This document shows positions 51,173 to 64,000 of a DNA stretch of 64,000 nt, one piece after another. Position 1 is the stretch's first letter. Each line of letters starts with the position of its first letter. A model generated the notes under the pieces. That model was not told where the DNA came from, searched no databases, and saw only the letters and a program-made list of their open reading frames with translations. The stretch is from Trichoplax sp. H2. Lineage: Eukaryota. Made by a program: the position numbers and the translations under genes. Where the stretch lies: the NCBI GenBank assembly GCA_003344405.1, contig NOWV01000101.1, positions 124,001 to 188,000 on the forward strand, given 5' to 3'.

Positions 51173-54100
51173 TTAAATTTATATGTGGTTTATAAATCAC
51201 TATTTTATAATTTGCACACATTTTATATATCGGCAATTGATAGTGACAGGATCGATATCGATTCTTTACAGTATGGCTGAACATGCCTATTGTATCAATA
51301 TTTTGCGTTACAAAATGTAAAAGTATTCTATAACAATAATACAAAAACCAGTACTGCAATACTAATGCACAGATTAATAGCCCTGAATTGGGTTCTTTCT
51401 GTGCTAACTTATAAAATAATTGAAGTAATTAACTCAATGTATAATACAACATCATATATAATCAGGATCGATAAGACTAGAATGTTCAGATATACCTTTC
51501 GATGCAGACTGTTTGAAGAGTTTTTACGCACTTATAGCAAATAAATTTTGTTAATATTATTCACTGTACAAATTCTTTTTCAATATAAATAAAACCCTTT
51601 TAACAGCAGTTACTCTTCTAGTTGTTCATGCATTGTCTTATGAGTAACAGGGAAGATTTTATTTGGTTTAGTGTCTAAGCGTAATTTACTATTACGTTAC
51701 TAAAGTAGTCCAGCTGAAATCCACGCGAATTTGTCTCTGGATATTATTGGTTTTTGGATATTACAAAAGGGATGAATTTAAGATCAGAAATGATATTAGA
51801 TATAATCATTCAAAAATTCGATTTCAAGACAGAAGATAATAAATACCGCGCTATCAATTAAAAAATAAAAATTACCATATGAAAAATTGTTGATTCTACT
51901 ACACGTTCTACCTTGTATCATTACTTATAAGAAATTTTCTTTACCGATTTATCGCTAACTATAAAGATCATTCCATTACTATCTATGAGTTCCTAATAAT
52001 TATAATTCATTTTGGACAAATAGATTGATTAATCATGATCGAGTAATAACAAACTTCTGTTTGATTTTCGGTTGCTATCCTACTATTTAATATAGGCTTA
52101 AACATTACATAACAATGTCGCAAACTAGGAGTGTAGCATATCAACGTAAATAGAACTAGAATGCAACAACTTTGTTTATAAATCTTTAGCTTTCGACATT
52201 AAAATATTGTTCTTTGATATAGGATATGTCAGTTATCTATCGTATCTTGTATAAATGAACTTCATTATTAAACATATGACGGAAAATGGTGCAATAATTA
52301 ACAGTCGTCCTATCAATTATATTTAGATTGAACAGTTGTTATGTGTATCTACTAAAATATTCATTTCGCTATAGTACAGCGCAGTAGTTACCAGATGATA
52401 GCAATTATTAAGGTGATGTGGTACAGTACCGCGCATATATATGAGCTTAAATATCTAGTATACGTATGTGTTACTAACTGTACGGGTACGAACTGTAAGT
52501 GAATTGGTATATAAGATTGAGCTCGTAAAATATGAAGGTATCTTCTTTACAGGGATCTACTCGTATGTGTTAGATTGCGTTACTATATTGATTAAAGACT
52601 TACCAACGGTGATTTTAAAAACAGGAATAAAGTATTTTAAAGTTAATTTATCTTCTGCTTAACTGATAAATGAAAAGAAATGTAAAATCGTACATTATTA
52701 TATAGAGTGAATTTTTACACAACCACACGCATTAACTGAATGTACTCGTACTACAACCTAATTGCATCACAAATACAATATTAATTTAGTCGTATTAATT
52801 ATTTCTCCTATCATCCATTAATCATTTTATGGATTATGTGATCGTACAAAAAGAGTTACATAATAATTCCTTTTCTTAAAAGCTGGCGTATTGTCCTTTC
52901 ATCATTGCAATAGAAATAACTGTCATTTAGTGAGGCGACTGATTGAAAAATTAAGCATGGCTGCTTTTACAAGAGTCATAAGTCCAAAATTGTTAAGCCA
53001 TGATGTATTACTGATTGTCGAGATAATACGATTGTACTAGAATTAGGTCATATATTACCGCAATTCGGATAAAGCTAACTAGCTTATCATTATCGCTATA
53101 GATGAAATTTAATTTTTAATACCGTAAATAAATATTTATGATAACTTACTAGCCATTCCGATTTGGTACCATGTAAAATTATGTGCTATTACTGAAGCAA
53201 GTTTCTACTAGACTTTGCTTAAAGTCTTTGAACATTCTCAATTGAAATACTATAAGCCTCACAGCATATGAATAGCTCTAAAGCTCTTTCCATTTAATAA
53301 ACTACCTCAAGTCAAGATTGAATTCTTTATCAGCTTAAATAAGAACTAAATTAAAATCATAAAACATGACCAAGTAGGCGTATCTTGTGCTTGAGTTCAT
53401 TGATTCAGCCATTTATTACGCTAATAACCAAAGCCTAACAGCCATACTACTATTTATCTATATTTAACATACAACAATAACTTATCTGCTTTAATATTTA
53501 ATTGAAAATAGTCGTTTCTCTACAAGTTCGAATTGTATCCTGTTATTTTTTAGCCTAGCAATATTATTCAGTAATGCCATAAACTAGATATCAGTAACAA
53601 TGACGCTAATAAAGCTATAAGCAATTTATTTATTCGTATACTACTAAATAGTTTAGCGTACATTTAAGTATACCTTTTATCATATTAGATACTGATACAA
53701 CAACATTAAAAGTACTTACCATCTCCTAAATTTGCATTATTGCAAGCATTTTTCGTAAATATCTATTTACTACTATGATAGTAATAGCTTTCTCTTAATA
53801 TTATTGTAGCTTTAGTTTCTATGTCTTGTAGGACTGAAATGAGACAATCTACAGTACAGTAATTAACATTATCCATAATCATAATAATTCGATTGTACGC
53901 TAGATTAAGTTTATATGTTAAAGTATACGCATATGTTTATATTTATTTTCGTGAAAGTTCATATCAACTTTAGAAAGAATTATATTGTTGTTTGCAATAT
54001 TAGTTGCTATGTGTATTAATATTCAAATCAAAGAATTATCTTTTCGTGTAACAATTTTAAATTCCGTAATATATCTAACTTATGAAATAGTGTATAAACT

Positions 54101-55454
54101 TTTGAATTCTTATATTTTGTATTGATTGTGTGTGGTATTTAGTAATTAACGAGTGCTACTAAATGCGTACATAAAGAATTCGAATCTGTGTAATAAGAAC
54201 TGCCTTTTCGAAATCTAGTATCTTCTCTACTCAGGCTATAATTAAGAGTTATCAATGAAATCCGTTCGCTATTTATGGTCATAATATGATTGTAGTTATT
54301 GTTTATTTTCTTGAAATCTTCTTGGCATTAAACTATTCAAACACTTATGGCATAAATCGTTATTTACCATAGATAGGCAAAATGTGGCAACCTTTATTGC
54401 TCACACAATCTTCAAAGTAATGATTACTAATACGATTATTAGCCTTTCCAACTTTTTGAATCTATACTTTTTGTGTATCAAGATTTTCGCTTGTAGTCAA
54501 GACGTTGCAACTATTGCCACCTATAAAGTTATTTAAATCAATGACTACCGTACTTGTGCTATTAAAATTTTTTAACCTATTAAAACCATTTTATAGTTTA
54601 TTGTTATTTACTTTACATGGATATACATCACATTTAGTCAACATGCAATCACTTAAAATTCAAATTTAATTTAACATTAAAACAATCTGCACCAAGTACT
54701 CCTTGCCATAGATTAATTATATAACGGCAATAAAGGTAGTCCAAGCAATATATTAGGTTATTCGTATCCATTTGACATCCAAATAGTGTTGTAGCTTATG
54801 AATCTTTGCTACCTACAGACAAGGGTGATTAATTTTATTGCTTGTATAATTTATTCAAACATATTCAACATTAAAAAAATATTCATACTCTATTATTATT
54901 CGCAAAACGTATCCGAACGTGATCATTTTTGTTTCTCAGAAAGCTAAGCAAAGCGTTATATTAGTGAAAGTAAACTTTTCTAGTCTTTGATATCGAAATT
55001 CCTTTGTAGATCATCCTTCTAAATATTAAATAAAGTCAAGAGGTGACTTTTATCGCTCAGGAAGTCATTTGAAGTTGTGATCAGTTATGTGATAATAGTT
55101 TACTAATCACCAACATCATAGTATCATTTTAGTTTAGCACAGTTTGTTAGCTACAATCAGAGTATAACTGTTCCATTCCTCGTAGAATTATTCAAAGTAA
55201 TAGCTACACAATTGATTGAATCTATTTCAACCTTTCTGGTATTAAAACAATTTGGCTACCGTAATCATTTTGTGGTTGCTATAATAGCTACAATCTAACC
55301 ATATCACGGTTTTTTGTCTATCCGTAAAAGTGAAAAAATACGATTATCTTCGGTATTAATAAATGAACACATACAACATTTTAATATGAATTTTACTGTG
55401 TCAGTTCGATAATAACTGAGTCCAATTAAAATATTAATTCTCTTATAGATATAG

Positions 55455-56645
55455 CTATGCTGTGGCAGTTATACTCCGTAATGATATGTTGTAATTGGAT
55501 TTTAAGTTTTGCCTTGATGTAGCTAAAGATGGATTAGTTATAGAGTGATGACTAAATCGGGTGCAACCGCAAGTTACCAGTAGATAATCCAGGCTGTGAT
55601 TTGTTATACAGATAATGAGTAAGGAATTAATTAAAGGATATGCAACAACAGATGTAGTAGCTATATTAAGAAAAATGATATTGTCAGCCGGCCTTAGAAT
55701 CGATGGCCACAATTCGTACATAGCTAAAGGCAAAACGCACAAGATACCTACAATAACGAATAGAAAGGCGAAAGTTATAGTATTTTTACGATACCGGGCT
55801 AAATTTTGTATAATGCGTGGTTTTAATCCTTTTCGTCGTCCAGTAAAAATAATCCATAACCGATAACCAAGGATGACATAAATAACCAAAGTAATAGCGA
55901 ACGGGAGGCAATAAGATAGAGTAATTGAAACTATAGTTAGATATTTAGCCACGTAATATTCTAATGGCAGGGTAAATTGAAGGCAATTGCACAAAGTTAC
56001 TTGGACATGAGTTTCAATAGCGTTTGTTGCAACAGTTGATAAGTATATCGTTGGTATTATATCGTCGTCAGTAGTAATGTTAGTAGTAGTATTATAATAA
56101 CTTCCGTTATGAGAATAGTACGGACTGTTTGTTGAAAAATTAGTAGGATTACTTAGTGAAGATGTATATACTAAAGTCGTCGCCGGGCGTTTTTGGGAGC
56201 GATACCCAGCAATATAACCGTAAAGTCGCACTATCATTATGAACAGAGCTACGATCCAAATGATCATCATCCTGCGTTTTGTATGTAACTTTGTTGCTCG
56301 TCGTCGCCACAGTGGACTTAGCATGCGAATAAAACGATAGTGGGCAATAGCAACATTTGTCCAAGCTATTACAGTGATCGCATACCAAGTTAAAAAGTGG
56401 CTTACCTTACATAAAATGATATGAACCAAAGGCATTGTACTTACAGATAGAATACCAGATGTACTCATGATGATATAAATCATACTTAGCGTAAGAAGAA
56501 TATCGGTAACAGCAACATTAGTCAAGACATAATTGAATCCATTTTGCAAATTGCGTACACGAAACATCATCAAAATGACCAAAGTATTTACAATCATTGA
56601 TAAAAATAATAGAATTGCCATGATGATGAAGAATGTAAGATCCAT
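55455..56645 (-). CDS. Intronless divergent class A GPCR with a long extracellular loop 2; start at 56645 or 56690
   Basis: TM1 Asn, NVAVTD (TM2), CK (TM3), HYRF in place of DRY, YCLP, LCVLP and NSLLI in place of NPxxY. Confidence 0.88.
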   Translation of the reverse strand: MDLTFFIIMAILLFLSMIVNTLVILMMFRVRNLQNGFNYVLTNVAVTDILLTLSMIYIIMSTSGILSVSTMPLVHIILCKVSHFLTWYAITVIAWTNVAIAHYRFIRMLSPLWRRRATKLHTKRRMMIIWIVALFIMIVRLYGYIAGYRSQKRPATTLVYTSSLSNPTNFSTNSPYYSHNGSYYNTTTNITTDDDIIPTIYLSTVATNAIETHVQVTLCNCLQFTLPLEYYVAKYLTIVSITLSYCLPFAITLVIYVILGYRLWIIFTGRRKGLKPRIIQNLARYRKNTITFAFLFVIVGILCVLPLAMYELWPSILRPADNIIFLNIATTSVVAYPLINSLLIICITNHSLDYLLVTCGCTRFSHHSITNPSLATSRQNLKSNYNISLRSITATA

Positions 56646-59600
56646 CTTGCTTTCTTTTTCTTTCTTGCAATCTCTCTCTCCCTCTTTCAACCTCTATAGT
56701 ATACAGTACGTACTTTATTATCAGCACTAAATTCTTTTCGGTTGAAATGGTCCGAAAAAAATGCCGCTGAGCTAGAAAATTAAGTACACCAAATTTAGAG
56801 TAATATGGTCACGCAATAACGAAAATAATGATCCAATTTATCATTATACGAGTACATATAATGTCCCAGAAAGGATAGATAGGCATAAGTAAAAATAAGC
56901 TTTCGAGATGAAAGTAAATACAATCAAGCAGCTAGTTTCTACTTTAGTTTAAAATCAACGAGCGGAAAATTCTTTTGATTTGCGCCAATTAATAGATATA
57001 CAATAAAAATTTTAATTCCATCTGGTTAGTTATTAGTAGATCTTGTAACATCCAATCAAAGATATCATATGCAGATTCGGAATAGCCAACATCATCAATA
57101 AAACAATGCTATTTATAAATTTGACTTTTCCTAGATTATCAAGGTGTAACCCTTTTACTCTGTAACGTGGTATTGTCTTGCTTTGAACGTATCCGTTAAT
57201 TTTAGCTAAAGCGAACTTTTGACCGTGCTTTCTTATTAAGGTAATAATTGACCGCTTTTAAAAAATTGTTTTTTATTTATTCTTCGCGTTTAATAATTTT
57301 GCTTTTCTCAAGATCTACCAATTTCTATTCAAAGTGTATATCTTCTGCTATAGTGCAATATTGTGTCAATTCCGGTTTAGCATCGGTTTGAGCAGCTGTC
57401 TGGTTTGAAAGTATACCCTTATAAGAGCATCGAATATATCAATACTTTCGGTACTGATGATGTTAAATTTTTTATTATCATAAATATTGGATAACGGTTG
57501 ATTTTCCGCAATCCTATATACTAAATGGCAACCGTTAAAGATAGAATTACATTGGACTATTCAAACTGCAACAGTAATACGGACAATTCTCGATACCTTA
57601 AAGTCATCAGTCTCAAAATAATCTTCTGTAGATTTCTTTTTAATTATAATTCTTATCTTACAAAAGTTTAATAATGTGATTTTATGATGTTGTTTTAAAG
57701 CGCTGTCAAAATTAAATTAAAAATTAAATTAAAAATCTTTAATTAATATTGAATTGAAATCTTGACATGTTGAACAAAAGTAATTATTTTTTTTTATCGG
57801 GAACACAATAACATCTAGGCAATTTTTTTAAACTTAAGCCATTGATTGAAAGGAGATTAAAGTTTGACGTCATTTCAGTCATTCTAAAGGATAATCCGAT
57901 ACCTAACTAATACTCTAATAAGATACATAAGAGGAAGAGTACGGAGAAGGAGAGAAATATTGATATCAATTTAGTAATGAAAAATGTAAAGAGTAATTGA
58001 GTCAAGTTATTAAAATGTAGAATTGTATAGTAGTTAATCTCAATAAAAGATAGAAGTAAGTACCATATGTATTAGTGATATAATAATCTGCTTGATGATC
58101 AAGCTTTTATTTTGCAAAATGAAGACATACTCATACACATGTTATAGGGTACCACAATAAAATCAATTTACGTATTAATTTGTAATTAATTGGATTTACA
58201 TCTCCCTTGTTTCTCATGATTGGAGTATCTGTACGTGTTGCGTCATACACTTGCACAAAGTACACAGAACGGTAATGTGCAGGAAGCAGCATAATTTAGA
58301 AGTTGTTGATGCAATCATTTAGAGAGATTTAAAGATACACTAGATGGTAGAGATAAACTTTGTTATTTTTTCAACAATTTATGAATTCGAAGTACAGTTC
58401 ATATAAATAAATAATAATGAAAGGTTACAATGGTGAGTTGAAATTTTTCTCGAAATAGTTTTAACCGTATCTACTCATACTATTTTTACTAAAAAAGCTG
58501 ATAAAATTATTACCGGTGTTTATCCGCTCCCCTACTACTAATGTATACGTACACTATAGTAGACTCAGAAGGTAACTTTGCAAATTTTGATAAATTAGTT
58601 GACTCTAGAGATTGAATTTATCATTCCATCTTGACTAAGTAAGCAAGTTTATTTATCATAATGCTCAAAGGCTGCACATTTCGCCAGGAATTTATGAGTA
58701 GCATTGTGATGGAAATACAGTATACATGGCATTATTGCTACTAATTTGAGATAAACGATTGTTATTGAGTAGGTCGATCGCGTGGGCACGCTGGAAGAAT
58801 CTACACATATGCTAATCAGTACTATAAATGTCTTACAAAAGACATCGTAAATATTTAAGATCACTTTTATGGGATTAATTTAAAGTTAGGGTTAGGGTTA
58901 AGATTTTAATTGTATTATAAGCTATATGAATCTGAAAATAGAAACGAATAGGCTTTTAAATAAATAGCAGTATAGTTATTATGTTCGGTAGAAAAGCCAG
59001 ACAAAGCCAACGTTCTTAATTTTAGAATAGTGTTCATGTACAGTGCAATAGTGTAACTGTACAGTTGGGTATATGTTATATATATGTATATAGTCTGTTG
59101 TAAATACAGTTAAGGTTGGTTTTATTGTAATAAAGCTTAATTCAGGCTTTAAATCCAGTTAGACTGATTTATTATTGACCCTTAAGAAATGACTTTACTA
59201 TACTGCTCTACGTTGAAACAGATATGTTTTATGAATATGAGAGTCCCACACAATTCAAACCAAGCAAGTTGTTCACCTTAGTACCCGAAGGAAAGGGGAA
59301 GAGGGGAGGAAACACAAAGCACATGTGGTAACCCTTTGGATGTGGAAAGGAAATATTATTTCGCTATCATTATGGCTATTCCTCTTATGTGTTAAATAAT
59401 AAGAAAGATAGTAATTTGATAACTATCTGTAGTCGTTACAGCTAATAACAGTATTAATGAGCAGCGAAAGTTTTACAGTAATTTAAGTAAGCACTGTGCG
59501 ACGTAGATTAGTCGGTTACGCTTAATAAAGTAGTTGTAGATGATAGCTGGTGTGATGAAACGGTATACTTGTACTATTCGTGTAGTGTCGCATTAACAAT

Positions 59601-59850
59601 TTTAATAGCTCAAACTTCGAGTTAGTCGATTGCGAATCTTCTAAGGGATCCAAAGCCTACTCATTACGCTATCCAAATAAGATTATTATGCTATTCGAGT
59701 GCGTATTTCTGAATACCAGACAATCTCGTGTACCTTTGCTGTACCATGGGCTAGTAGATATATCGCGCATCTAGTAGTCCATGGCTGTACGTTGTCGCGA
59801 ATAAATTGTGTAGTACAGTCTATTCCAGCTGGATCTCTTTGCTGGGTCAG

Positions 59851-60460
59851 ATTTGATTCTTGTCCACTCATACATTTACTAGTAAAACCTTTGAGGTAGA
59901 TTGATTACTCGAGGTATTAATATTAATAATTATATCATTGTTATGAAAAGTAATTTCATTTATTAATATTACTAAAGATTATCGATAGACATGATATTTT
60001 ATGTGCGTCTACAGTATATATATAATATATGTTATGTATGTAAGAATACAGTGACTTGTTGTACTGCACCTAACGTGTTAGCATAAGATAAGGTAATGAA
60101 TTACTAAGATAAGGGTATAATACGCCATTACAGCTATACTATTTAAATGCAGNNNNNNNNNNNNNNNNNNNNTTTGATTCTTGTCCACTCATACATTTAC
60201 TAGTAAGACCTTTGAGGCAGATTGATTACTCGAGGTATTAATATTAATAATTATATCATTGTTATGAAAAGTAATTTCATTTATTAACATTACTAAAGAT
60301 TATCGATAGACATGATATTTTATGTGCGTCTACAGTATATATAATATACACTATAGAGGGTATATCATTGTTATGAAAAGTAATTTCATTTATTAACATT
60401 ACTAAAGATTATCGATAGACATGATATTTTACGTGCGTCTACAGTATATGTAATATACAG
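59851..60460. repeat. Duplication flanking the N gap at 60153-60172; probable assembly or haplotype overlap
   Basis: ~59852-60030 is repeated at 60173-60350, with a further partial copy at ~60361-60458. Confidence 0.85.
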
Positions 60461-60969
60461 TACTGTACAAGTGTACAGTACATGTGTGGTATGTGCAATG
60501 GTTTTGTACCATAAGTAATGAAGCATGTTGATGTATACTGTATGTACAATGTCTTAACATCTTTATCGAAGCTGCATTTTACAGTAATTCAAAATGAACT
60601 ACTTCATTATCGAGCGCATATTTTATATAACATGTTTTATGCAATATTCTTCATATGCACTTAGGCCTCCAGCGATTAGCGACGAGTTGTTGAGTAGTGA
60701 TCTGGAAATTGAAGTTTTTTCTATAGTTCGTAACCAAGATACTTACAATAAGGCGTATGCAGTTTGTGAATGTTCAGTTTCGGTATTTTTAGCTAGACAA
60801 TAATGGCTACACGAAATACGAGATAGCATCATTCCATCGAGATTACGGTCAAAGAAATTGTAGCCGATACGATGAAATATTTGAGTTGCTTGATTATACA
60901 ATACAAGTTTATTTCATCGAATCTCACGGATGATCTTTAACCTCCAAGCAAATATTACGGTGGACTGGT

Positions 60970-61500
60970 GGAGTGAGTACAGTACAGTGTACAGTACAGC
61001 ATGTAACAGTCTTTTTGAGATGTACTGTACACTGTACACTGTGACAAGTGCCGGCTCGGCCCAAGAATTTTCCTTTTTAGTGTACTGTACTGTACACTGT
61101 GTACAGTACAGTACAGTACAATACACTGTACTGTCGCACGGTGGCGGGTAATGAAGAATGTGGCAAGTGCCGGTCCGGCCTAAGAATTTTCCCTTTTACA
61201 GTACAATCGTGTACTGTACAGTGTACAGTACAATACACTGTACTGTAGCACGGTGGCGGGTAATGAAGAATGTGCCGGCCCGGCCTAAGAATTTTCCCTT
61301 TTACCTTGACGTAGTGTACAGTACAGTACAGTACAGTATAGTACAGTGTAGACTGTACAGTACATTGTACAAGTGTACAGTACATGTACAGTACATACTG
61401 TACAGTGTAGCAAGGTGGGGCGGTAATGAAGAATGTGCAACTCACACGTGGATAAACTTATTATATACGGTACTGTACAATTGTTCAGTACAGTACTCAG
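60970..61500. repeat. Composite repeat upstream of ABCF2: GC-rich ~60-bp unit interleaved with CAGTA microsatellite
   Basis: gcacggtggcgggtaatgaagaatgtg...ccggcctaagaattttcccttttac at ~61136 and ~61247, with partial copies at ~61044 and ~61409. Confidence 0.85.
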
Positions 61501-61877
61501 TATGAAGGATCAGTTATTTCATTCAGTCTGCTGTACTGTGCAAACCCTAAAATTACATACTGTGTACTGTACGAGAATTTGTGGTCAGGGTCTGGAGGGA
61601 GTCTTCGTACTGCAGCATTAATTAATTGGAGGAACCAATGGTCTAAAAAGTTAATGTGCTCTAGTGATTTCATCCTTTCTGCTCTACTTTATCTTAATAA
61701 GGAATTGAACCCTACCAACCAAGTATTAGTACTATCTCTTGACTGTCATTATTGACGATTATCTATCAAGATTGACCATACAAGAAAATATTTTTCTCTC
61801 TTCTAACGTTATACTCGTACAATTATTATTAGTCGGATAAAAATCACTCTTTCATCAGTAACTTGACGATAGCAACC

Positions 61878-64000
61878 ATGCCCTCTGAATCGGCTAAAAA
61901 ACGACAAGCCAAAAAGAAGCAACAAGCCAAGGCCAGATCGAAAGGTGCAGCCAAGTCGACGAACGGCTCTGATTCTTTAAAACAGTCTACAATCGATAAA
62001 GGTTGGTCGTCTACCGGGGTCTTAGATAGCCACGCTCAATCCCGTGATATCCATATCTCCAATTTTTCTCTGACCTTTCATGGAGCGGAATTATTGACTG
62101 ATACAAAATTAGAACTTAATTATGGTAGAAGATATGGGTTAGTTGGCTTAAATGGTTGCGGTAAGTAATTTCTATCATTTTTGTTAATGGATTAAGTACT
62201 TGAATGGTGTTGCCGGGAATGATAATCGAAAGTTTAAAAATCCATCTTTCAATTTTCACTATCGCCTTCACGACTTCATTCAATACGTAGTGGGACTACA
62301 TACTGCACATACCATGATACCGTATACAGTACTGGAGCCGGAGGCCATACGGGAGTCAACTCCCTGCATAGCTGAATAGTCCACACTACTAGTGTACTAC
62401 TGTACTGTACAGTACAGTAGAAGCACACAACAGCATGAAGCGATTTTTCATTGATTCGATCACGACATTGTCACACCACTGTGAATAATGGACGGTACGT
62501 ACGCGTACACGTGATCGTAATCGTACCGACAGTATGAAATAGTCTGCATGAATCGAGTTAGATGGCCTTTCACTATAGTCTATGAATACTGCCATCGCTT
62601 TTTTGCATCAAAGTAGAATATCGACTGTTATTCAAAAAGTCTCATTCACTTTGACGTGATATTGCAATACTGTACTACTCTGCTGCAATATACTGTAGAC
62701 AATATTGAAAATGAGGTTAGGATAACTTAAGGTCGTGTTTAGATATTAACCCTTTCGTGTGTGTTACTGTCAGCCATTTTTAATAGTCCGTTCTGTACTG
62801 CATGTACTGTACGAGTACCGTCATCAGTCAGCGCATTTAGCAATGACTAACGATAAATTCAATTGCGGTTTTGTAATAACGTTTCAGTGTTGAAATCAAG
62901 TAAGAATCCATCGTTAAGCGTGACAGGTTTGATAGGGTATGATACTTTGAATGGTTGATAGAACAAAGATACGATAATGTACTTGTAAAGTTTATACTGT
63001 AGTTACATCCTGTACTGTACTGTACAGTACAGTAAATGCAACTGGTGTAGATTGTACCGGAGACTAGAGCTACTGTGCTGCCTGATGGCTACAAACTTAG
63101 TGATTTGATATCACATGAAGCTCTGAATTTGACAAAGTTGACGTACTATTATTCCCTGTGCAAGCTATAAATTGATTATCCATTATTGACAGTTGACTAT
63201 TCGTTGTCCTTTAGCAATGGATTGAACAATTTATGTATGATACCTACGAATGTATGTTATAGTATACAGTAGGTAGAGTTAGCAATATTGCAATGCTAGA
63301 ATATCTCCATCTCCACGCATCATATAGAATGATTATAATATTGAAACACACTTTTATAGGTAAATCAACACTATTAGAATGTCTAACATATCGAGATATT
63401 CCAATACCGGATCATATTGATATCTATCACTTATCGGAAGAGATGGGTAAAAGCCAGAAAACCGCTATTGAAGCTGTTATGGAAGTTGACGAGGAGAGGA
63501 TTAGGCTTGAACAAGAGGCAGAAAGATTAACTGCTGAACTACAAAAGGGAAATGACAGTGCTCATGATCGCATAACCGAAATTTATGAACGTTTAGATGA
63601 ATTAGATGCTGATAAGGCTGAGGTAAAAGATTACGTAAATTATTTTATGCCATACTAACTCAACACATATCTCCTGAGCATTCATATCTATGTAATAAAT
63701 GAATGCAAATTGTATTCAATCTACAGTTAATGCCATAGTGTACTATTATATTTTACTGCAAAAATAGAAAATTTTTTTATCTGCACATTCGATCCTCGCC
63801 ATGGAAAATTTCTATACGTATTTTTGTTAAGAGTATAATATACTACCTAATTGACATTATTCGAAATTGTTGCGAAGGTTAGCAAAGTATATATCCTTCG
63901 ACAATGTGGTAACCTTTTACGTTATACCACAGTATTTGAATAGATGCGATAATATTATTGCGTATTGATTCATTGCTAATAAATATTGTAGGTGAGAGCC
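61878..64000 (+). CDS. ABCF2: ABC-F family ATPase ABCF2, 5' part; exons 61878-62160, 63360-63622, 63992->64000
   Basis: [59 protein letters not shown] (Walker A), [12 protein letters not shown] and [16 protein letters not shown]. Confidence 0.96.

Noticed and set aside
58886-58900. Short TTAGGG repeat (also CCCTAA at ~5491-5503)
   Set aside because: Only about two units; too short to call an interstitial telomere or a telomerase template.
59851-60460. Direct repeats resembling an LTR or mobile element
   Set aside because: They flank an N gap and there is no transposase/RT ORF or terminal signature; probably an assembly overlap.
61040-61440. CRISPR-like repeat-spacer pattern
   Set aside because: Eukaryotic context, degenerate repeats, microsatellite spacers and no cas genes.

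Overview
AT-rich, intron-rich animal nuclear DNA, not prokaryotic. Short GT-AG introns, compact gene spacing and intronless class A GPCRs resemble the placozoan Trichoplax, but that identification is inference only. Most ORF-track entries are spurious; genes were rebuilt by reading splice sites by eye and matched to human proteins from memory. Gene order: IDI1 (-, exon duplicated across an N gap), a stand-alone 70-aa AltMIEF1/MIURF LYR microprotein (+), SLC25A1 (-), six-module progranulin (+), MRPL44 (-) head-to-head with MRPL57 (+), GPCR (-), VPS50 (-) head-to-head with a short ANKZF1/Vms1 lacking ankyrin/VIM regions (+), CFAP221 (+), GPCR (-), and the 5' part of ABCF2 (+). The main finding is a U8 (SNORD118)-like box C/D snoRNA gene, antisense in the longest CFAP221 intron. 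It has its own PSE-like promoter and a perfect 9-bp duplex between its 5' end and 3' trailer, like human pre-U8. CAGTA/TACTG microsatellite islands mark nearly every non-GPCR promoter. Three 20-N gaps are flanked by near-identical duplications that are probably unmerged haplotypes.
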